DNA of 64,000 bases from Styela clava (lineage: Eukaryota). This document shows, piece by piece, positions 36,788-46,807 of this stretch. The stretch spans positions 19,902,001 to 19,966,000 of the forward strand of contig NC_135259.1 in assembly GCF_964204865.1 (NCBI RefSeq), read 5' to 3'. The notes beneath the pieces are model-generated. The model made no database searches. It was given only the letters and a program-made list of their open reading frames with translations, and was not told where the DNA came from. The first letter of the stretch is position 1, and every line of letters begins with the position of its first letter. The position numbers and the translations under genes are program-made.

Positions 36788-39619
36788 CAGTGTTGCCAAC
36801 TGTTCGGTGCTAAAATAATCTAGAATCTTCACAAAAAATATCTAGAATAATCTAAATTCAAAAAATAATAATCCAAATAATAATCCAAAAATACCAAAGT
36901 TACATTTTCAATGAAAAAACGAAGATTGTAATGTAAAGAAAAATGATTACTCATATCAATACAGCTTTTCGAACATAAGTAAGGTAACTTAAGTATTTAT
37001 CATGAGAAAAAATGAAAGCTTGTTGCACCACAATAATTATGGATTTACTTTTTAGTGTCTGCAATCACCGAATATCAAATACACTAATAAAAAAGAAACA
37101 ATATACAAATAACAATATTTATGAAGTAAATAGAACATTGAATTTTACTGTAATTTGGTTCCTTTGTCTCGAAATAGGGATACTACTAAGTTCACACAGC
37201 ATAATTATCCGTGTGATACAGGTCATTTAATATTTTAATTAATTATAAGCAAGTTATGCGACTACATGTACACTTTTGAAACTGTAACAGAAATTACAAG
37301 TACAAACTACAACTGTTGCAATTCTCTAAAGTTAATATCTTCTACATATGAAAGATCTATGGGATGAGATGCTGAAGTTGACTGGCTCTGATATTGGTAG
37401 ACAGCGCTTGTTCCTATCTCTGCAATGACTTTTGGTGGATACTTGTAAGTGGAGCAGCACTCTTCTTTTCTTATCAACCCAAATTTTACAGTTAAGATGG
37501 CATTCAGCAGCTGCAGTGACATTCTGTTTCTTGGTTTTGACTTGACATAATTCATTGCACTAAATACTCTCTCAATTTCAGCATTTGAATGAGGTAGAAT
37601 TAGGGCTGAAATTGCACACTGGAAAAGTTCTAAAAATGGATTGCATCCTGAAGCATCCCTATAGTCACCCACTTCACTCCAAAAGGCTTCTGTATCATCC
37701 TTATGCACCCAGTCCACAAGATTTATCTTGCTTAGTTGGTATTCTGCTTGAGAGATAGATTGATCAGAGGCCCCCAAAAATTTCATAACTTCACAGATGG
37801 CAGCTTTGTCTTTAAGTGGTTGAAGCATGTTAATAACAGAGAAGCAAGAAATGTTCTGCAGAACTTTAAGATTATCAGGTAGACGCTGCTTTAACTGTTT
37901 ATGCAGTGCCAGTAAAAAATCACAGCATCTTTTTCTTATACAAGTTTCATCAGTATTGGTAAGTTTATTTTGCTTCTTCAAATCTTGAATTTTCCACTCA
38001 AATCTGTAGCCTAAGTATGGTTTTGGGTCCAGATACTCTTCAATGTTAGAATTAAGTAGATCAATATTACAGGTTGGAGATACAAGCTTTTTTGCAATTG
38101 ATTTCATCAGCATTGTTAGATTATTTAATAGTTTCACTTTTTCAATGTTTTTGGATTCAAACAGTTTGTTTACTTGTTGTACTTCAGTCAAAATTGGACT
38201 TAGAAACAGAAGGAAGGCCAAATTTTTTTCATCTGAGTACATTTCATACAGAACTTCTGCAGTATAGCACTTTTCTGACAATCGTGAAACTTCAAAGTGA
38301 GTTTTTAGTTCCAGCCATTGTTCTAAGATTCTTTGAACAGCTGGTTGAATAGATAACCATCTTGTTTGACAATCTTTAGGAATTTTCAAAGGTGATGTGC
38401 CATCATTCAAAGTTTGATACAGAGTCTTATACCGATATTGCCTGGTAGATGAATGTGAGAACCATTTATGTGTCTCGGTAATCAAAAAATTAAGGTGTCT
38501 TGGCAGGCTATCTGCCGATGCTTGTGAGACTGCCAATTGAATAGAATGGCATACACATTTTATAAGAATAAGGGATGGTATCTCGGCCCTCAGTTGTGCA
38601 TGAACACCCTTATTTATGCCAATCATCACACTCGCATTATCTGTTCCAATTGCTACAAGATTCTTCAGACTCAATTTATGTGAACCGAGTACGTTCTTAA
38701 TAGCTATAACAATGTGCTGAGCATCACAAGCTGTAAGTTCAGTAAGTTCCAGATAGGTTGACACAATCTTTTTTTCAGACATGCTGTAATAAACTATAGA
38801 TATGCCTAGTAACTTATGTACTGTTATGTCTGTGGACTCATCTATCAGAATGCTAAATCTGCCATCACCAATATCTCGTCTTAGGTCTGTTTTAAAATGC
38901 TCACACAGAGTATTTCTTATGATATGGGTACATTTAGTTCGGTGCATTTTCATTTCAGACACTGTTTTGTTTGTAGGGAGATTTCTTTTACATAAATCAA
39001 CTAAATGGTCGCAATTAGAAATAGCTGAGTGGCAACATAAAAATGTGGAAATAGACACTTCCAGCTCTGCTGTTTCAGAGTTTTTAATAGTCATAAATGG
39101 ATCAAGAGTCCTGGTAGTGAATGGACAAGCTTTCAAATGTTTCTGAGTTTTAGTATGCTGCTTCAAATCTTGATATTTTGCTTTGACATCACATTTACAG
39201 AACTTGCAGAATGCCTTAGATGCATCAGCAGCCACGGGCGCTATCCACTCTTTCAGTGAGTCATCTTTTAGCCACTGTTTTCGTAATTTCTGGTCGTATC
39301 GTTTGCCACTGGTTTCTTTAGACATATCTCCCTTGTCTGCTTGTTGTTTTGAGCACTATCACTGCAGTACCTTTTCTGTATTTATTCTCTACATATGTTA
39401 TTCACTGCTATAGATACCGGTGAACTGCACTTCACTTCTTTGCCACTATACAGCTAGAGAACAATGCAAAATAATATTTGTCAAAATAATCTAAATATAT
39501 CTAAATGAATGCTAAAATAATCTATAAAATAATCTAGCATCTAAATGGGTATTTCTTACATCTAAATCATACGAAAATAATCTAAATCTAGATTTAAATA
39601 ATCCAAGTTGGCAACACTG
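36788..39619 (-). mobile_element. Autonomous-type hAT DNA transposon (2832 bp)
   Basis: Perfect 14-bp TIR CAGTGTTGCCAACT / AGTTGGCAACACTG; perfect 8-bp TSD AGGGACTG; AAATAATCTA subterminal repeats at both ends; intact transposase ORF. Confidence 0.96.
37307..39325 (-). CDS. hAT-family transposase (ZNF862-like), 672 aa
   Basis: N-terminal zinc finger (CKFC...H..TQKH), IDESTD, GTDNA, CVCH, TRWLS, and C-terminal dimerisation region SNAEIERVFSAMN..K...RNRM. Confidence 0.93.
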   Translation of the reverse strand: MSKETSGKRYDQKLRKQWLKDDSLKEWIAPVAADASKAFCKFCKCDVKAKYQDLKQHTKTQKHLKACPFTTRTLDPFMTIKNSETAELEVSISTFLCCHSAISNCDHLVDLCKRNLPTNKTVSEMKMHRTKCTHIIRNTLCEHFKTDLRRDIGDGRFSILIDESTDITVHKLLGISIVYYSMSEKKIVSTYLELTELTACDAQHIVIAIKNVLGSHKLSLKNLVAIGTDNASVMIGINKGVHAQLRAEIPSLILIKCVCHSIQLAVSQASADSLPRHLNFLITETHKWFSHSSTRQYRYKTLYQTLNDGTSPLKIPKDCQTRWLSIQPAVQRILEQWLELKTHFEVSRLSEKCYTAEVLYEMYSDEKNLAFLLFLSPILTEVQQVNKLFESKNIEKVKLLNNLTMLMKSIAKKLVSPTCNIDLLNSNIEEYLDPKPYLGYRFEWKIQDLKKQNKLTNTDETCIRKRCCDFLLALHKQLKQRLPDNLKVLQNISCFSVINMLQPLKDKAAICEVMKFLGASDQSISQAEYQLSKINLVDWVHKDDTEAFWSEVGDYRDASGCNPFLELFQCAISALILPHSNAEIERVFSAMNYVKSKPRNRMSLQLLNAILTVKFGLIRKEECCSTYKYPPKVIAEIGTSAVYQYQSQSTSASHPIDLSYVEDINFRELQQL

Positions 39620-42600
39620 AGGGACTGTCATAGATATTTTGGGTCCTGTGACAATGATTCATTCTTCTTGATTATATTGAAATATCTCGTGCTATGAGTC
39701 AATTTTGTACGTACCCGGTATCAGGTACCACAGTCAAACATTTCACATAAAAACGTTACTAAATAATAGGGATGGGACGAGTCCGGCATTACAGAGATTC
39801 AACGAATCCGAGTAATAGGTCAAGGACTCGAATCGAATTTTCCGAGTCCGTGACGTCACAATGGAAAACCAGAAAAACACGTTTTTGACCATGCTACAGC
39901 ATCGTGCGCTCACAGACATATGTCATAGCACATCTTTTCTGCCTAATGGTTCCGCAGAAAGCTGTTGAATCATTTTAAAAATATATTTTTCTCTTTTTTA
40001 GGCGGCCATAACACAAACGTAAACGTGGGTCAATGTGCACCTTGGCTGTGAACTGGATTTCCAGCCCGCCACCTTGCGTCAATTCTGGGCGGCTATTCAG
40101 AAATTCTTACATGTAAATATGAAAAATAAAAAGCTTTTGATTATAATGCATTCACATAATTCCAGATACCTCTAGCTGTAAATTTACTATGCCACGTGCA
40201 CAAATGGTAGAGAAATGCCACACATCGTCAAAAACTCAAAAATATTGCGCTAACACATATTTTATTGTGTACCACATGTATACCAAAAAGTATATATAGT
40301 TCAGTAGTTTGAAGGCGACTGGCGCAACATCATTGTTATAAGCAATCAATAGTTTTTAACTTGCGTTATATTATCTGGATATCTGTCGACGTTTTTATTA
40401 GGAGTGTTCATAATACACACGAGTGATATTGTTACATATCCAACCATGAATTACAACTAGGTAAGGTATGTAGTGAGATTTATAGTGGCAAAAGCACAAA
40501 TATAGGCGTAAATTAGTAAAAACAGAATTAAATATAGAGTCCCCTCCCCGATATGCGTTCACGCCACATTTACGATCACTACCTTTTGACACTCTATTTT
40601 GGCCAAACTAGAAACAGTGAAAGATTCCCGCTAGGTATACATATTCCATACCTACTCGCCTACCCACAGATCGCTTCTCGTCAAATTTTGTCCAAAAATG
40701 AGATTATTCTATTCGTCGCCGGAGTAATGAGTCTCTATCTTTATTGCATCGCAGATAATTCCACGTGTGAAAAAAGGCGCTCGCGATTTCCACTTTGGTC
40801 ACATTTGCGATCAAGTATAAATGTATGATCGAGACCCGAGTGAAAGCCCCTTTACTTCGAATGGTGTGCCTAGACAACGTATCAAGAAAACTCCAAAATA
40901 TAATAAAGCTCTTATTCTTCACATTATTCGTTTTCAAAATATTGCATGATATGTAGATTTCCGAAATTAGATCACATCTTTCCCCACAATCAATTTATAA
41001 ACAATCACTGAGCGGTCAATAACGTAATAAATCATATTTACCTGCCCTGTATTTGCCGTAGGTTACACCAACCATGAATGAACCTCTGAATGTTTCTTGT
41101 TGATTTAAACGTTTAAATGACCGATCTCATGATTCTTAATGTATCAGCGCCAATGTCAAATTTCATTCTTGTTAACAAAATTTTATACGAGCACCATTTG
41201 TAATTATTTAAATTAATCAGTTTAGGATTTGACATAATTGCAGAGCATATTGGGAGTCATCGAAAATATAGGTTTTGCCTCTCATTATATTGAATAGCAA
41301 TGCGTTTTGAGCGCAGAAATAAATTTGATAATATTGTTCTCTGCAATGTAAACATACCGGCCTTCTACCGAAAGATTAAGATTTTTGTACACATCGCCGT
41401 GATGGGGCGAAGAGATGTGCGTAATTTAATCATATGACAAGACAAGGCTGTTTTTCCAGTCACCCACGGGAATCTGTTCGCCATACTGCAATATATACAC
41501 ATGTTGATTGAATACAAACCAGCGTCCTATTGTATCTATTGTAATTACTAATGAAAAAGTAGGGGTATTACTATCGGTTTATTGAATGGACCAAGGTTGA
41601 GTCGCTATGCTATTCAATTTTATTTGTCCCGTGTAGAATCAAATACAGTAATCGGGTAGGGTTAGTGAGATTCGGTTAAAAAAAAAACGTTTGTAATAAG
41701 CTTGTTAGATGACAGTATTCGCGTCAGCACACCCAAAAGCTGCTTTCGCAAACATTTTCCATACCTATGTAGGGTCTAAAACAGAAACGTCGGCGCTCCG
41801 ATTGGCGAGATTTTTGCTGATCGCAAATATACGTTTTTGATCGTAATTGCCCCACTGACAAGGTAAAAGTAGAGGCAGTATAAACGGTTTTCCGGCCAGG
41901 GTACCGGCATGATTTTAAACAGGGGCGGACACAAACTCCCCCCTCCCCCCCCCCCCCCCCCTCCCAATAATGTCGCAACAATTTTAATACATATTGTTTC
42001 TGCCTTACAAAATTATCATTTCCGAAAAGTGCGATAGTCAAGCGCAATTAAACGGTTAATAGTTAACGATATTATAAGTATTTTCTTACAATAATGTGGA
42101 CCAGAGCTCCTTCGGAGGACTTCACATTTTCGTGAAACATGCGCGCCCGCACGGGTAATATTCCGTCTTCAAACGCACCATCGATCACGCGCCACGGTTT
42201 TGCACAACTAATTCATTTTTGTACAATTTCACATGGTTTTCTCATTGTCAAAATCTTTCAATAGTGTTATTGTTGGCACTTGCTAGAGAAGTGAAAGAGG
42301 CAAACTGTATTTCATTACAGCAATTAATTATTATCGCTAAAAAATTAACTAGATCTAAAGTTGTTATAAACAATTTTCACCGCTGGACGTATCTTTTCAC
42401 GTTATGGATTTCGTGCAAGGCCCAGCATAATTTGCGGGCAAAGATCAAATCATTTACTATGTCGAAACGCCTATTCGACTTTTCAGACGACAGAAACTAT
42501 CTAAAAAAGATACCCCCCACCCCTTCTGAATTTTTTTAAAAACTGAAAAAGTCGCCAATAACGCATGCAATTGCCTTTTTCTAAAATCGCCGATTGTTTT

Positions 42601-45600
42601 CATCATTGTGATCTATTATTTAGGTCGTAAACGCCTTTACGTTGGCGTTTATCCTCTCTAAATCACAAATTTTCCACAAATTTGTGACCAGATGACTATG
42701 ATAATTATTTTATTTTTGTACAAGCACGGACTTATGAACCCGACGAGAATTCTAATAAGTATCCATAAGTTGAAACGCGACAATATAAAATACTAAAAAT
42801 AAAACTATAAATAATATGAGTTTTGTTGAGGCCCGCGACAGTCCAAAAAAGATTTTCTAGGCATCGAAAATCGCAAAATTTCGCGTGCCTACGGCACAAA
42901 TTATGTTTGCTTGACCTGTAAAAACATTTCGTCACTGAAATCAAAACACGGTCAACTGTGAGCGGGATTTGCCTTTTTATCCATTACTTTTAAATTGACG
43001 TCGAAAATTTTAGTGTTAACATTAAACAAAGCTGAGAACACGACTTTTTCCCGGGCTGTGATGATATATAAGATAATTAAAGTATATTCGATAAATCTTT
43101 GTATTAATTTATGTATTTTTATTGTACTGAAGACAGAAAATAATCGGAGTGACAACATTGCGATTGAGCGGAGCCAGTGTTACAAGTAGGCTACATCTCA
43201 AATTTATCAAATTCGCAAAATAGCAAAAATACGGATCAAAACAATATATATACGGGCAGTTTACCACACATTTTTATGTCCGCGGATTGCCGTGGTGTTT
43301 TAGAGTGGCTCTTGTTTTGTCGACTCAACCGCAGTTTAAATTGAAGACAATTAAATTAATCAATCAAGACATTTTGAATATGCCCATATCGGTCTTTGAT
43401 TAATTACTTTGCACAAGCGAAAAATCATTTTTCGTTGAAAAAGTCGGCTCTATTAACAAGTGGCGTAATCGCGGCGGTGAATTTGTATTTTTGATTCACT
43501 AGTATACTTTATAATTATTTTCATTGTATGAAGTAAAATTGTACTATATGGGATTTTATATCAGATATAGAGATTTTTGTAACGAGTTCTGAAGATTGCA
43601 AAAATACGTATCAAAATTCAATACATCAGGCAGCTAATCCCATATTTTCATGTCAACATATCGCCGTGGTACTTTAGTTTAGTAATAATTTTATTTTGAC
43701 GTAAGAAGTCGCAACCGCGAGTTACGTTGCACACAATTAAATTAATATATAAGGACATTTTAGAATCTCGTGGCTGTCATAGATTGAATAGTTTACGCGA
43801 CAGAAAAATCATTATACGCTTAAATAGGCGGCTCTTTTAACGAGCGCGTAATCGCAGTGCTTGTTGCAGACGGCAATGGGAAGTTCAGACTTTGACCCTA
43901 CCCCCCCACCTTTTTTTTTTAATTTTGGCTGCGCGCCTGAATTTGTGCCTGTTTATTTTTGTATTAAATTATAAATGAAAACCCTGCAAAGTCATTGCGT
44001 GAATCCTGAATATTATTTCGAGTTCAAATGATAATTTAATAAATCGGCAATAATCGCAATTCTACTAGTCAAATGATAATTCCTTGGTAAAATTTAGGAA
44101 AAAAATTCGCACAATAGCTTGTTACCTTGTTTTGCATTTCTAATTTTACGAAACGGCGTTAGTGCGCTTTATGCAGAACTAGGAATTGAAACAATAACTT
44201 AATATGACTCCTCAAATTTGTTATTTTCTGTTGTTAGCAAAAGCCGTGGGCTAATTCTCGCGGAATTTAAGAAATTGGTTCAGTGACGCGCAAGTTCCGT
44301 GTCCAAGCAAAGCAGCCTCGGTACTCGATATATGAGTAGCAAAATGACATTCTAATACTTAGAGAATGACATCGACAGGTTATTGTTACGTGACGATACA
44401 CGGCGCGGTGTTTTTCGGTAGGCGATCCAAGTTCGCTTGAGTATATATTTTTTTTTAAATATATAGGTAGCTGACATACCCGGATGATATTTTCTTTAAA
44501 TGACTGCACACATTCTATCACTTCAAGCATGGTATTGGTGTTTGAGTTGACTTGTTGGCAAGGGTATATAGTAAAATTTTGTGTGTTTTTTGCATGGTGT
44601 GATAAATTTTTCTCTGTCCTCAGCAGAATGTCATCATAGATCATCTATCCATCGCTATATAATGACAATACATCCCATTTAATCAAACAATTATTTTTTG
44701 CCTGTAATAAATAGTTCAGCGCGTTCCCCTTCACGCAATCATTGAAACATCTACTCGCAGTTTTATTTTTTGTTTTTCAGGTTCTTTCAAAGTGATTAAA
44801 TGAAGTAAAACACATAAGGAAAAAATCAAAAAAAGACTCCGATATCCTGTGAAATAACAACCTTATTCCTGTATCCTTGTCTGAAATCAATACCCAAGAA
44901 TAGAAAACCTCACTTTCACCCTTTGTAACCGATTTATTTCCATATCATACTTTACTTAATTATAGTAATTTTACTGTTACCGGTAACTTTAATTACTTAT
45001 TACAATCTGGACTATAATTTGGCAATAATAGGCTCTAATTTGGGGAATGAAATGGTCTCGCCCACCTCTTCATGCACCCAATTCTGGCAACTTTGGTTGG
45101 GGAACTTGGCATTTGACTCCAACTATAATCAGCTTGGCAATATGTTTTCAATAGAATCTTCCTTTTATATTTTAATTCACGATTAGAAGATCGATCGATT
45201 TGGCAATGGCAACCATTACAAAAATATCAATATGGTGTGGCAAATAATTTTTTTTCTTTTCTAGTATCTATTTATTTATTTTTTTGTTTACTGTATAGTA
45301 TACCCTAAATTTATCGCGTTTTATTCTTACTTAAATAACTTCTCAGTGGTCGTGTGTGTGCGTGGCTGGTGGGTGCATGTGAGCGTGTGTGAAATAACCT
45401 AATAATTTTAGGTGAGTAAACACGTACCACTTCCTCTTGGCAAAACCTTCCATCTTATATTTTGTACGTTATAAACCTTATTTTAGGTTTCGTTTGCTCC
45501 CCTGATTTTATAATCAGTTTTTATTTATTTGTTTTTATCTGTCAAATGTATTGTTATGCTGATTATGGAGTCGAAATAAACTTATACTTTTGAAGGGCTC

Positions 45601-46139
45601 TATTACGTCACTGTGACGTCTAGTGACGTAATTTTTGGATGGTGTGGTCGGGTTGGGGTTAGGATTGACACGTGAAAAAATTGCCTTCTGGAGAAAAATT
45701 TTATCTGTAACCACTGAAAATTTTAGAGCAATTGGTCTAGTAATCAAAAAGAAAAGCGACTTTCTAGGTTCTTTCTAGGGCTAAGCGTTAGGACTTTCTA
45801 GGTTTTCCACTAAGTGTCCAAAATGTGCCAAGGAACAAGAACAACAACAACAAAATATTGAAACGGTCCACTACGTGTCCCACAAGAACAACATAACAAC
45901 AAAACGATCGTTATGTCCACTAAACATGTCCAAAAAGCTGAACCCCTGGATGTTGTATATGAGGCAGGAAATTGCTGTTGGGGACCATTTCTAGGATTGG
46001 TTCATAGCGACAACATACAAAATCAGATTTAGAAATTAGACTTCGGAATGAGTACTAGAAGCCTAGAAATATACGGTAAGTGATTTGAAATTTATATAAA
46101 TATAACATCTGATAATTACGAGATAAGCAAATACTCATC

Positions 46140-46477
46140 CCGGCGCGTCGGTGTGGCTCATCGTGCTAAGCGTTAGGAATACGGTCGTCACCGCACTTCT
46201 GATTACTCTGCGTGGGTTCGCAGGTTCGAATCTTATGCAGGGGCTGTTATGTGCGAGAGGATTGCTGGACTCCTCGCCGCTGTAGGGTGGTTCATGTAAC
46301 CGCTTGTCGGTTACGGCTTCCTCCACCATCAAGCCCATGCTTCCGAAAACAAATAACTGAACTAAACCATTACCCGGTATGTTACAACCGGACGAGAGGC
46401 CGTGGTTTGCCATATGGCTAAGCCGTCTTATCGGCTTTCTTCTCCTCGGGAATAAATATGTAAATCCAATCCTAATT
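46140..46477 (+). mobile_element. tRNA-derived SINE, apparently full-length copy
   Basis: Pol III A-box-like TGGCTCATCGTG and B-box GGTTCGAATC (46223), then a conserved body and tail. Partial copies at about 1498-1545(-), 7600-7770(+), 11710-11855(-), 15860-15960(-), 19670-19720(+), 32390-32480(-), 33020-33200(-), 50315-50470(+), 53715-53740(+). Confidence 0.85.
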
Positions 46478-46807
46478 AGACAGAATAAGTACGGTATGCG
46501 AGGAAGATTTGCATAGATTGAAGCATGATTAAGGCATTCAAGGGAGCTCATAAATAAAAATATAATATTTAGGCCAAATTGTTGTACTTTTCGCCGTCGG
46601 AGTGTGGTTCAAGTAACTGCTGGCTGGTCGTGTCTTCTTTCATCATAAATGAATAAATAAAAAATAAAAAATCCTCCTTTGTCCTGCTCAATATCTCCAT
46701 CTAGTGGGAATTGTGTAATTCGACAGGATTTCGCAATCCGTCCACATTTCGTTCACCACAACGCTGTCGTGAGTTCTTCATCGTTTATGCTGAAGATTTT
46801 CACCACG

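Larger units (their letters stand above)
27885..39631 (-). pseudogene. Multi-exon gene for a Ulp1/SENP (clan CE)-like cysteine protease with permuted motif order; disrupted in this haplotype
   Basis: Hand-built, phase-consistent GT-AG exons: ATG 39631 to 36755 (split by hAT), 36346-36222, 35737-35700, 35434-35342 (or -35268), 34904-34773 (MILVCDS...EQGRNECG), 33504-33254 (FIAVFIAWALA...), 32870-32772, 32222-32124, 28902-28801, 28122-27907/27885 (...DGHWYTVLVVLGNG). The last exon needs a 1-nt correction near 28097-28101. The first three exons are less certain. Confidence 0.6.

Noticed and set aside
39770-44700. Protein-coding genes among the short ORFs here
   Set aside because: There are no recognisable motifs or consistent exon chain, and the region looks like decayed transposon sequence.
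46140-46240. tRNA gene
   Set aside because: It has A/B boxes but no closing cloverleaf or poly-T terminator, and it continues into a body repeated many times in the window, so it is a SINE head.
46679-46807. N-terminal extensions in the ORF track (NSUN2 from 46679, coiled-coil gene from 4469, SIVA1 from 59153)
   Set aside because: They are non-ATG or non-homologous upstream in-frame sequence; the downstream ATGs fit better.
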